Source of the DNA: a virus | Length of the DNA: 64,000 bases | IMG/VR virus record: IMGVR_UViG_3300031521_000021 | Coordinates: 32,001 to 96,000 of that record | Reading direction: 5' to 3' (one strand) | Shown: positions 47,783 through 58,723 of the stretch, one piece after another | How the letters are laid out: the number at the start of each line of letters is the position of its first letter | Position numbering within the stretch: the first letter of the stretch is position 1 | Position numbers and translations under genes: made by a program | Notes under the pieces: generated by a model | Told to the model about the DNA's origin: nothing | What the model saw: only the letters and a program-made list of their open reading frames with translations | Database searches by the model: none

Positions 47783-47814
47783 AAAGAGTAGACAGATAGT
47801 TTTGTCTACTCTTT
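47783..47814 (+). terminator. Terminator after the peptide gene (possibly bidirectional)
   Basis: AAAGAGTAGACA / TGTCTACTCTTT stem with flanking A and T runs. Confidence 0.8.
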
Positions 47815-47924
47815 AAAATTACAAATAAATTAATAAAAATATTTGTAATAATTCTATTGACTTCTTAAAGTGGTAGGATTATACTATCAATATAAATAAA
47901 TTAACAGAAATGAGGTGAAATGAA

Positions 47925-48044
47925 ATGATAAAAGTTATAATATTTACATTTGGATTAATGGTATTAAACAACTTGGTAAAAATACATATGAAATCGGATA
48001 TAATTGAACAAGCTATATTAGATGAACTTAAGATAATAAAGTAG
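47925..48044 (+). CDS. 39-aa small protein MIKVIIFTFGLMVLNNLVKIHMKSDIIEQAILDELKIIK (not in ORF track)
   Basis: Promoter TTGACT-17-TATACT, GAGGTG RBS. Confidence 0.55.
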   Translation: MIKVIIFTFGLMVLNNLVKIHMKSDIIEQAILDELKIIK

Positions 48045-48079
48045 CAGTTAACGAATTAAAGAAAAAACTAGGAGGATAT

Positions 48080-49330
48080 ATGGATAATACAGACTATAAA
48101 AAACTCTATAATGAAGTAAAAAAAGAATTACAATTAAATAAGAGAACAATAGAAAAATCAAATCTTAAATTAAATAAGTATTATAATGATAATAAGGAAA
48201 GAGATGATTTTATTCAAAATTTAAAAGCAGAGATTACAAATCTAAATAAAATCATAGAGGACAAAGATAATTACAATAAAATAAAAGATGTGAAAATTAT
48301 TGAATTATCAAGTATGAATCAAGGGATAGATACTATAATTGTAAGTAATAATAAGTTAAAAAAAGAAATAAATAAACAACAACATGTAATTGATAAATTA
48401 CAATCTGAAAGCAAGAAAATTAATATATTAAGCAATGATGATAAAGATAAATTAAAAAAGATCATTAATCAAAATAAAAGTCTATCAAATGAAATATTAG
48501 GATTAAAAAATAAGAATGAGTCATTGAAAAACTCATTAGAGGAACTGTTAAAAGAAAAAGATAGCTTTATAAATGTTCATACGAAAAAATTTAATAATTC
48601 TATATCTAGAATAATACATATGCTAAATTACAATCTGTCAATCAATAATGTTGAAGGTTATAGAAATATTAACTCTTTAGCAAGAAGGGTTGAAATATTT
48701 TTAGAAAGAAAAGATAAATATAAGCAAACCACAGATAATAATTTTACTGAAATAAGTAAAGAAGTATTGTTTGGATATGTATTTGAGGATTATAACAAAG
48801 CAACTTTTATAGATGTTGAAGGAAATAAATATTTAATTAGAGAATTAATTGGAAAAGTAAATATGGATGTTCCTGCGAAAGCAATATTAACAAGCGAAAA
48901 TAGTGTAATTATAAAAGAATTTTACAATGGAGATGTTATTGATATAAGTACAGATATTAAAAAATATAAAAAAGATGATAAGAATAAAACCGAAGAAGAA
49001 ATACTTGATAAAATAAAAGAAGATATAGTTCCAATTAATGATTGTAGTGTATTAATTGTTACTGGAAGAAATGAAAAACATTATAAAAAGTATTTAGAAT
49101 TATATGGTTTAAATATAACAACTTTTAATCCATTTGAGGAAAATATAAATTTGTTACCTGAAAAGATTAAATCACAAGATGTTATAATTATAATGAAGAA
49201 TGCAGTATCTCATGATGTTATGAAAAAGATAGATATATCTGATAATAAAATTCAAGTAATAGGAAGAGATAATATAAAATATATAGTTGCTAGAATAAGA
49301 TACTATATAATAAACAATAAATTAATATAA
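48080..49330 (+). CDS. Coiled-coil protein with C-terminal DUF2325-like domain
   Basis: Long K/E/N heptad region; VLIVTG...Y...LE.YG...LP.KIKS.DVII.....VSH..M. Confidence 0.7.
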   Translation: MDNTDYKKLYNEVKKELQLNKRTIEKSNLKLNKYYNDNKERDDFIQNLKAEITNLNKIIEDKDNYNKIKDVKIIELSSMNQGIDTIIVSNNKLKKEINKQQHVIDKLQSESKKINILSNDDKDKLKKIINQNKSLSNEILGLKNKNESLKNSLEELLKEKDSFINVHTKKFNNSISRIIHMLNYNLSINNVEGYRNINSLARRVEIFLERKDKYKQTTDNNFTEISKEVLFGYVFEDYNKATFIDVEGNKYLIRELIGKVNMDVPAKAILTSENSVIIKEFYNGDVIDISTDIKKYKKDDKNKTEEEILDKIKEDIVPINDCSVLIVTGRNEKHYKKYLELYGLNITTFNPFEENINLLPEKIKSQDVIIIMKNAVSHDVMKKIDISDNKIQVIGRDNIKYIVARIRYYIINNKLI

Positions 49331-49673
49331 CAAAGTTAACTTAAAATTGAGAATTTACTCAAAAACACATTGAAGGGAGGTGATAGTACATGATTATAGA
49401 TATTCTAAAGAAGCAAATTGAGAAACTATATCTAGGTTCAAAGAAAGTATATACAGATGATAGTTGGTTAACTCAAGATGAAATTGATAGGATAATTGAA
49501 ATAGCTAATAAGTTACAAAAATAATACTCTGAAAGGAGGAGGATGAAATAAACAGAAACACTAAAGGTGAATACCCATTATGGGTTAGTTTGAGGATATA
49601 TGGATGGTATCTTGAAATTAGCCTATAAGGATTAAAATACAAATAAATTAAGACAAAAATAAATAAAAGAAGG

Positions 49674-52580
49674 ATGATTAAAATGAATCAATTAGAAAGA
49701 ATAGGAAGAATACTAGGAATAAGTACAAATATGGACGAAAGCAGATTATGTCTAACAATTCAAGATAAGATTAAAGAAAAAGATAGTAAACTTAAGGAGA
49801 AAGATTTTTGTTATTATATGGTTAAGGCAAAAAATGAGAGATTAGAAAGTCAAGTACATAATTTAAAGAATGAATATGCTGAGAGTATAGGAATACAAGA
49901 GCATATGATGTTAAAGAATTCTCATGAAAGTTTGAAAAAGAATAATAAAAACCTTTTAGAAGAAAATTATAATTTAAGAACATCTATTGAACAGTATAGA
50001 GAAAATGACTTAAAAGATAGAATAAAGAAAATTCAGGGAGTGAGATAGATAAATGGAGGAAGGAACGTGTTTAAGAGATTGTATAGCTTATTTATTCAAT
50101 ATCCCTCAAGAAAATATTGAAAACTTTATTGAATATGATGATTGGTTAGATAGATTAGAAACTTTTGTTAAATCGTTAGGATACAAAATGATAAAACATG
50201 ATTATATTAATGAACTTGAAATTCCAGCAGATAAATATTTAGTTTGGGGAAAATCTGTAAGAGGTAATTATCATTCAGTAGTTCATAGTAAAGGACATTT
50301 GGCATTTGACTTTTTAGAAATTGGAGATAAGGCTAATGAATTTATAATTGATTATTATCATAAGGAATGTGACAAGTGGATACATGGAGTTAAAGATATT
50401 TACCAATATGTGTGGTTTGAAACAATAAAGGAGTGAGATAAAGATGGCAATTAGAGAAAGAACAAAGAAAAGAAGAAGTAAAATTTTTAAATGAAGTTGT
50501 ATTTGATGAGAGAAAGATTGATAAAGTAATTGAAGAAGTTGGGAAATATATACAAGATGATAAAAAGATAAAAGATGAATATATGACAAAATAATATTTA
50601 AAGAATGGCTTAAATAGGGACTTTAGGAAGTGGAATATTATGTTAAAAGGTGAATTTTAAAAGAAAATAAATTAATAGAAACGAGGAAAATAATTATGCA
50701 AAATATATTTTATTGTCCTAAATGTGGCAAGTATGAAGAGAATTTTAAATTTGAGAATCCAAGACAAGAAAGAGAGTTGACTACATGGGTTAACCTTAGA
50801 GATGGTTATGGTAGACATATAATGCATATTATATGTCCAAGTTGTAATAATGTATTAGCTGGAATTATGGACGTAACAGGATTTGATGAGGATGATATAT
50901 GGTATGCTAAAACAACAATAGATAAATATAATAAAGAATCAAAAGATAAAGGATATATTACAGATGGTAAATTAGAATGGTTGATTAATGATATTAAAAG
51001 CAAGAAAGGAATTGAATAAGATGAAAAGAGAATTAAGAGATAAACAAAGATTTTATGAAGATTATTCAGGATATAGTGAAGAAGAACTAGATAATAAGTT
51101 AAAAGAATTAGGAATAGATATTGATAATTTTTCTGAATACAATAGATATATGCCAATACATGAAGTTAAATCAATTATTATACAAAATGAATTATTTGAA
51201 TTAAGAGATAAAGGATAAATTAATAGAAGCAAATAAAATAAATGGAGGAATGTAAAAATGAAAAAAGAATTTGAAATGATATTAGAACAATCTAAAGAGG
51301 CACATAAAATAAATAAGGCAATACATAAACAAAGATTAGAACAGGAAAAATTAGATAAGCAATTAAAAGAAAAAGAGATAGAAGCTAAAAGGGAAAATAA
51401 AATTACTATAATTAACTATGAAACGGAGTGTTATTCTAAAGAATTATTAGAATTAATCAAGCAATATAAATTTAGCATTGAATCTTATGAAAGATTTGAA
51501 GATATAGATTATGATGATTATTGTCCAACCTTAGAAATATACTATTGTAATTTTGGTAATTGGAATTTTGAAATTAAAAACTTTAGTGATGTGGATATAG
51601 AAGAAGGTATATTTGCAATTGGAAAAGTAAAAAATATAACAACTAATGAAGAATTAGAGTTTTATTGTGATTTAGGTTGTAGAAATACTGGAAAAGATAA
51701 ATTAAATCATTTCCTAGATTTTATTACATATAACTCTTTACAAGAATATATTAGTGAAAAATATGAAAAATATGTTAAATTACCTAAGTTGCTCAAAGAA
51801 CAAGATTATAATATTGAAGAAATAAATTATTCATTCAAATTAAATGAACCACAAGGATATTTAAAACTAGGTGATAAATTATTTGTAAAAGTGTATAGAG
51901 CTTGGAGAGACGATTTTAAATTAGTTGTCACAAATGATTATAAATGGGACGTAAATTCTGCTAATGACAGTATAAAAAATATCTGGAGCAAGAAAGCATA
52001 TTTCTTTAATTATAACTCAATAGACGATATAAATGAACTTTGTAAATGTATTGAATCTTTTAAAGATGATCAAGCTGGTAGAATCGGCTATATTGAAGAT
52101 AATTTATATTATAACAATAATAATGTAATAAGATTTTTTGATGGACTAAAAACCGAAAAGAATAGAGAAGCATTTAATACTTATTTGATACAAATAGAGA
52201 ATCAAAATTATTGGGATAAAAGAGGATATGATGAAGATAATTCTCTAATAACAAATAAATATAAAGGTTTAGAAATGTATGTAAAAACAGAATTAACATT
52301 TAACGATGCACGTTCTTGGTCTGAGGGAAATTTAGTTAATAAATCAATTTTTACTGTTGAATATGATAAACGTAAAAATGCAGACAAAATAAAATTATCT
52401 ATAGATAATTACATATATGAATCAGAGGATGATATTTTAGAGTTTGATAATGATTCAGAAGAATGTAAACACAAGCCATCAGAAAGTACTATTGAGATAT
52501 ATGGTAATTTTACAGAGATATACTTAGTATTGGAAGAATATGTACATACTATGTTTAAAATTCATGAAATTGAAATTTAG
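49674..52580 (+). other. Hypothetical genes (49674, 50053, 50988, 51258)
   Basis: RBS-preceded ORFs. Confidence 0.65.
50696..51019 (+). CDS. Zn-ribbon hypothetical protein, paralogue of 7791-8126
   Basis: IFYCPKC..YEENFKFEN..QERELTTW.N.RDGYG shared. Confidence 0.75.
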   Translation: MQNIFYCPKCGKYEENFKFENPRQERELTTWVNLRDGYGRHIMHIICPSCNNVLAGIMDVTGFDEDDIWYAKTTIDKYNKESKDKGYITDGKLEWLINDIKSKKGIE

Positions 52581-52957
52581 AAATGGGGCTATTACTTAGT
52601 TATAGCCATTGAATATTACCATAAAATGGCTATTTTACCTAAATATTTTTCATAGTCTTTAGAACATTTTCTAACTTTTAATAGTATAAAATTAACAATA
52701 TATGGTATAATATATTAAGATTAAATTTTATTAGGGGTGTTTATATGGAAGATATAAGATATTTTTATATGTACAATAATGAAACTGAAAGTAGTTGTCC
52801 TTATTGTGGGAAAGAACTTAACGATTTAATTCCTAGTGGAGATGTAAATGATTTTTACAGATGTCCAAATTGTAAAGAAGACTTTAGAGTTATTAGACAA
52901 GAAGAAGATTAAATATAAAATCCCCAATATTGGGGGATTTGAAAGGACGAAATAAAT

Positions 52958-53300
52958 ATGATAAATTTTAAAAAGGAATTAATTGAAAAGAGAAAAGTTT
53001 TAGATGGTAATGTAAAAATATACAATTCTGTTGTAAGAGAGAATTTAGACGATATTAAAAAATTATTTAAAGATTCGGGATTTAAGATTAGTACAGAAAG
53101 AAAAAATAATAATAGCCTTACATTGCAATTAGGAACACATCAATATATTGATGAAAAATTTAAAAGATGAGAAAAAAGAAATGTTAAATAAATTTATAGA
53201 AAGTACTTTTAATGGATTAAAAAATGAATTGTTTCAAGAAGTATTAAAGAATAATTTAAATATTTCAGAAATTAGAAATAAATTAATAAAACTAAAATAA
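52958..53300 (+). pseudogene. Gene apparently frameshifted near 53162
   Basis: After TTTAAAAGAT the shifted frame continues (KDEKKEMLNKF...KLIKLK) to TAA at 53300. Confidence 0.5.
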
Positions 53301-53697
53301 CTTAAAAGAAGACTTTAAAGGGATTTTAAAATAATATGAGGAGGATTTACAATGAATATTAAATTAGAAGTAATTAGACTATATACAGAAGAAGAGAAGA
53401 AAAGTAATCCTATGTTTATAGGAGAAGAAGTTTTAATAGATACTTTTGAAGACATAAAAAATAATTACGAGATAAGACTTATCGATGAAAAGACTAAAAA
53501 TAGCGTTGTAATCAGCAGAGAGGGTTTAAAGAATTGTTATATTAGTTATGATAGTAGTTATTTTTTAAATAACAAAGATAAATTATAAGTAATAGCATAA
53601 TATAAAATCTCGTTTTTAAAGCCTTTTGGACAAGTAGAATAAGCAATGTGGGGAAGTTTAGGCTTCCCTTGAATTTGAAAATATAAGGAGAAAAACA

Positions 53698-54153
53698 ATG
53701 AAATTAAAAGATGTAGAAGATTTAGAATATCAAGGAAAATTAAGAGATTATATAAGTAAAACTGACACTTTTATGGGACATATAAAAGAATATATGAACA
53801 ATTTCAATATAGATGATATAGTAGATGACTTTAAAGAAAATTACAACTCTAATAAAATTATAAGTATTTCAGCTTACATTAGAAGTCTTAATGATAAAGT
53901 TGAGAATTATGAAAATATAAATGGGAACAAAATTCATAAAATATTATTTGAACATGGAGTTACTTATTTAGACGAAAAATTAAATAAGAAAAGAGTTAAA
54001 CAACAATTTATAGACAAAGGTTACTTTATAGAAAGCGATTTTATGCCAATAAAAGATAAAGACGCTGGGATACAAACTATAAGAACAACAATAACTAAAG
54101 AAGGACAAGAATGGTTGTTGGGTAGATTAAAAGAATTTAAATATGTTAAATAA
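53698..54153 (+). CDS. Phage antirepressor KilAC (ANT)-domain protein
   Basis: ISIS.Y...L...GNK..K.L.E.G...Q.FIDKGYF......TTITKEGQEWL. Confidence 0.75.
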   Translation: MKLKDVEDLEYQGKLRDYISKTDTFMGHIKEYMNNFNIDDIVDDFKENYNSNKIISISAYIRSLNDKVENYENINGNKIHKILFEHGVTYLDEKLNKKRVKQQFIDKGYFIESDFMPIKDKDAGIQTIRTTITKEGQEWLLGRLKEFKYVK

Positions 54154-54351
54154 ATTAATAGAAATAGTGTTGACAATAAGAAAATATAGGAATATAATAA
54201 TAAATGTAGACAAGTTAACAAATTAATATAAAGAAGGGAGATTAAAATGTTGAGTTGCAAAGGTTGTATGAATATACATAGAATATGAAGGTAGAAAATT
54301 AAAACAAGATTCAGGATATTGGAGAATAGGAAGAAAAAGTGATAGGAGGAA

Positions 54352-54843
54352 GTGTTAATGAGTAAGGAAGTAAATATTAGTGATGAAAAAATTGACTACA
54401 TAGAAACAAATTACTTAAAAAAATCTGATAAAGAATTAGCTGTTGAATTAGGATTGACAGAATCAACAGTGAAAAGTACAAGATATAAATGTGGATTTAA
54501 AAAACAGAGACAGACTTCAAATAATCAGTTAATAACAGAAGATGGTAAAAAGTGGTGTTGGTATTGCAATGAGTTCCATAATTTAAGTATGTTTAATAAA
54601 AACAAAAGTAAACCAAGTGGATATCAAGATGAATGTAAAATTGCAAACAAACAAATTACAATTGAAAGAAAACAAAAGAAAAATAAATTAAATAATGATA
54701 TAAAATATAAAATATGTGAAGATTGTGAAGAAGAATTACCAATTAATATGTTTATAAAAAATGTAAGCACAAGAGATGGATATTCTAATAAATGTAAAGT
54801 ATGTTTAAATAAAGATTCAAATAAAAAATTTAAAATAAATTAA
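54352..54843 (+). CDS. HTH plus two CxxC Zn-ribbon repeats (endonuclease-associated type)
   Basis: SDKELA.ELG.TESTV; K.C..C.E......F.KN....G....CK twice. Confidence 0.65.
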   Translation: MLMSKEVNISDEKIDYIETNYLKKSDKELAVELGLTESTVKSTRYKCGFKKQRQTSNNQLITEDGKKWCWYCNEFHNLSMFNKNKSKPSGYQDECKIANKQITIERKQKKNKLNNDIKYKICEDCEEELPINMFIKNVSTRDGYSNKCKVCLNKDSNKKFKIN

Positions 54844-54865
54844 AATATTTTTGTAGGTAGAAAAA

Positions 54866-55660
54866 ATGAACAATGATAATATAGCATCAATAATTTATTC
54901 AACAATGGAGTATGATAAATTTAAATTTATAAAATCAAATAGAGGAATCAATAGAAATAATGTAGAAAACTTAAAAGAAAGTATGAGTAAAAAAGCATTA
55001 CCAATTGCAGTAATAGTTAATGAGAAATATGAAATGATTGATGGGCAACATAGTTTTACATCTAGAAAAGAATTAGGGCTTCCCATCTTATATCAAATAG
55101 TAGAAGGTGCAGGAGAAGAAGAAATGATAACTTTAAATGTAAACAAGGCTAATTGGAAACCTGCCGATTATTTAAACTATTTTTGTAATAATCATTTTCC
55201 AGAATATAAAAATTTTCAAAGAATTAGAAATGAATATGGTGTTCAGATATCAGATTTACTAACCATTATAGATGAATTGAGTGATAATCCAATAGGCGAA
55301 AATGCTATAGGAAGAAAATTTAAAGAAGGTAACTTAGATATGTCTCAAGAACAAAAAATATTAAACTTTTTACATGATCTACAATTATTCAAAGAGTCAG
55401 AAAATTATTTAAGTACATATTTTATAAGAGCATTCTTGAGATTATATGTTTCTGATTTTTATGATAGTGAATTTATAGAATATAGAACAGGAATATGTAT
55501 TGATAGGATTAAAAATAATGAAAAGGGATATACTGATAAACAGTGTAGATTTTTAGCTGATATATACTCTTCTCCAAGAAAAGAAGTATTAGTAGCATAC
55601 AATGAGAATATAAAATCATTTTTTAAAATTGGAAAAAGTAAGAAAAGAAACATTCAATAA
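54866..55660 (+). CDS. ParB/Srx-like N-terminal domain protein
   Basis: Y.KF.F...NR.I...V..L.ESM......IVNE...IDGQH....ELGLP. Confidence 0.75.
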   Translation: MNNDNIASIIYSTMEYDKFKFIKSNRGINRNNVENLKESMSKKALPIAVIVNEKYEMIDGQHSFTSRKELGLPILYQIVEGAGEEEMITLNVNKANWKPADYLNYFCNNHFPEYKNFQRIRNEYGVQISDLLTIIDELSDNPIGENAIGRKFKEGNLDMSQEQKILNFLHDLQLFKESENYLSTYFIRAFLRLYVSDFYDSEFIEYRTGICIDRIKNNEKGYTDKQCRFLADIYSSPRKEVLVAYNENIKSFFKIGKSKKRNIQ

Positions 55661-57154
55661 AGGAGATGTGTAAATATGGGGTACTGGGCAAACCAACCAA
55701 TGGCAGGAGATTATCCTGAAGATATACAGGGAAATTTTAGAGATAGGTTATTAAATTTATTAAATAAAGAACTACTAGATAAATTTAATAGTGATATTCA
55801 AGATTTTGAAGTAGGTAAAATATATAACATGAGTGAAATGAATATTGATAAGTATGAAGAAAATATAAATGAATTTATAAATTGGTTACAAAATCAATGT
55901 GACACTAATGACGAAAATATCTTAAATGAAATTGCTAGTATTTATATAGAATCTGCTACAGAGAATGGATTTCATGGTGCAGATAAAAACCATATGGCAT
56001 TTATATTACCATTATCATTTTTAGATTGGGATATTAAATTAAATCCAAAATCAAAATTATCTAAATTCTTATTAAGAGTATTAAAATGTACAGATGGGGG
56101 TTCTGAAAACAGAGGATATCCAATAGAAGAAAATGCTTATCCGAAAGGTATAAATACTCCTAGCGACTTTATCAGAACCTATATAGACAAATGGGACGAT
56201 TTAGTCAGTGGCAAAGTTGTAATGAGAGATATTAAATCTACTAGCAATATTAAAGATATAAAGTTTGGAAATTTATTAAATACAAGATAATTGAGAAGAC
56301 ATTTATGTGTCTTCTTTTACTATATTCAAATCCCAATAAAACTCACATGTTAAAGGGTTTGTTAATAAATTAATGGAATAATACTTGCAATGTATTTTCT
56401 GATATGTTATACTTATATCAGAAATCAAGAACAAATTAAAAAATCAAAGGAGTTGTTAATAATGAATAATTGGATACATACAGGAGAAACTGAAACAGGC
56501 TTAGAAATTTGGGTTAAACAAGAAATATTAGATAGTGTAAAATATTTAAAGTATCAATATAGGGATTCTTATGGAAAGATATTTTGCAGTCATGAAATAA
56601 GTTTTAACCAAGTTAGATTATTGAATAGTTTAGTAGATACTATAGAATCTGAAAACGGGAAGTAATTTAAGTATATAAAAAATTAATATAAATAAAAAGG
56701 ATATTGATTAAAATGATAAAAATATTAATATTAAATGAAATGACACAAGGAGTAACAGAAAATAGTATCTATGATGTAATAATAACTGAATACTCTGATT
56801 CTGAAGGTCAACAATATGATAAAGATATCGCAGAAGATGAGACATTTTATTATATAGATGATGATAATAATGAAGGTTATGATTATAGAAATATTAAAAC
56901 TAAAGAATGTAATGTAGAAGGAAATGATTTTAAAATATTTGAATCTGATTTAGAAGTTGCTGAATATCTAATAAAGAAATATAAGTTAAATGTAGCAGTA
57001 ACTTTAAGTAAAACTAACGTTTAAAAATAATTTAAAAGGGGTAATTAGAAGACTTTAATTAGTCTTCTTTTTTATTGCTTATGATACACTTATATATTAT
57101 ACTAATATGGGTATAATAATATTAATATTATAGAATAAACTAAGGACGGATATT

Positions 57155-57967
57155 ATGGATAATAGGATCAAAAGAAAAATGTTTTACGAAGTTCTTCCAC
57201 AAACATCAACAAACAAAACAAATTGGGAAAAAGCTATAGGTTATAATGTACACTTTATTTTTCATGAATTTGAAGGTGATGTTAAAATTATTGATTGTAT
57301 ACAAAATCAACAAGTGATTATTTTTGAATATGAGGGTAATGATTATGATTTGAATTATTATAGTTTTATGAATTGCACTCTTAGTAAAATATTTGGATAT
57401 GAATATAGAGATGGTAAAAGTGAAAGACAATTAAGAGAAAAGAAAAAAAGAAAACAATCACTACAAATAAAAATAGGAGATATATTAAAAGATGATACTA
57501 GAGATATTAAAATTATAGATGAATGTTTAAAAACAAGAAAAAATGGAATAAAAGAAAATTTTCAATATTATAAATTTCATTGCAATATTTGTGAATATGA
57601 AGATTGGAGAGTAAAGATATCTTTAATAAATAATAAATGCAAATGCCCAAACTGTAAAAAGGTTTTATCAAAAGAAAACAGAAAGTTAAATATAGAAAAA
57701 TATAAAAACAAAAAAAAGATATTTCTTGAAAATTTGCCTAGATTGGAACAAGGTACACATAAAGGGAAAATTAATTGGGAAAAATCTGTAGGATATATGG
57801 TGCATTTTATATACAACGAATTTGAAGGAGATATTAAGATATTGAAATATAAAGTAAAAGAACAAGAGTTAATTATTAGATATAATGATAAAGAGTTTGA
57901 AATAAAACTAAACAGCATGAGAAGTTGTGCAATAGGTAAAATCTTTGAAAACTTAAAGAAGGTATAA
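57155..57967 (+). CDS. Protein with duplicated NWEK..GY.VHFI..EFEGD.KI domain and central Zn finger (endonuclease-associated type)
   Basis: Internal repeat at both termini; CNIC...CPNC between. Confidence 0.6.
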   Translation: MDNRIKRKMFYEVLPQTSTNKTNWEKAIGYNVHFIFHEFEGDVKIIDCIQNQQVIIFEYEGNDYDLNYYSFMNCTLSKIFGYEYRDGKSERQLREKKKRKQSLQIKIGDILKDDTRDIKIIDECLKTRKNGIKENFQYYKFHCNICEYEDWRVKISLINNKCKCPNCKKVLSKENRKLNIEKYKNKKKIFLENLPRLEQGTHKGKINWEKSVGYMVHFIYNEFEGDIKILKYKVKEQELIIRYNDKEFEIKLNSMRSCAIGKIFENLKKV

Positions 57968-58108
57968 AACCCTTCTTTTTCTGCATTATAAAGCATTAAG
58001 AAACCAAATAAAATTTGCAATTTATGGGAATATTTTATTGCATGTTAATCGAAAATGTATAAACCTTAAATAATAGATAATACTATTACTGTGAGGTGAA
58101 AATATATT

Positions 58109-58723
58109 ATGAAAGAAAAATGTAAGGCAGATAATTGTAATAAAGAACGATATGGTTTAAAGGAATATTGTAGAAAGCACTATTTGCAAATAAAGAATCA
58201 TGGCAGACTAACTCCTGAATTAGAAGTAAACCCCATTATTAAAGATAGTAGATGTTCTATTGATGGTTGTGATAAAAATGTTTACTCTAAAACCCTTTGT
58301 AAATATCATTATAATAAACAAAGATTTAAAAATCTAGAATTAAAGAATGAATTAGGGAATGACAATATTTCTATCTGTAAAGTAGAAGGGTGCAATGATA
58401 TAATTTTAGCTAAAGAATATTGCATAAGACATTATCATCAGTATTTAAACCATGGGAAGATAACACTTATTGAAAGAAGAATAAAATATCCAACAATTTG
58501 TAAAGTAAGTAGTTGCAATGAAAAATCTTATGGTAATGGTTACTGTAGAAGTCATTATAATAAATGGTATAATCATGGAGATACTTTGTATTCTAATGAT
58601 GTTAAAATAAAACATTGTAATATTAACGAATGTGACAGAAAATATTATGCTAAAGGATATTGTAGGAAACATTATTTAGAATTTATAATGAAGCCAAAAG
58701 AAATTAAGTTGAAAGAAAATTAA
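58109..58723 (+). CDS. Five tandem C-x4-C...C-x2-HY Zn-finger repeats, no nuclease domain
   Basis: CKADNC..YCRKHY, CSIDGC..LCKYHY, CKVEGC..YCIRHY, CKVSSC..YCRSHY, CNINEC..YCRKHY. Confidence 0.75.
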   Translation: MKEKCKADNCNKERYGLKEYCRKHYLQIKNHGRLTPELEVNPIIKDSRCSIDGCDKNVYSKTLCKYHYNKQRFKNLELKNELGNDNISICKVEGCNDIILAKEYCIRHYHQYLNHGKITLIERRIKYPTICKVSSCNEKSYGNGYCRSHYNKWYNHGDTLYSNDVKIKHCNINECDRKYYAKGYCRKHYLEFIMKPKEIKLKEN

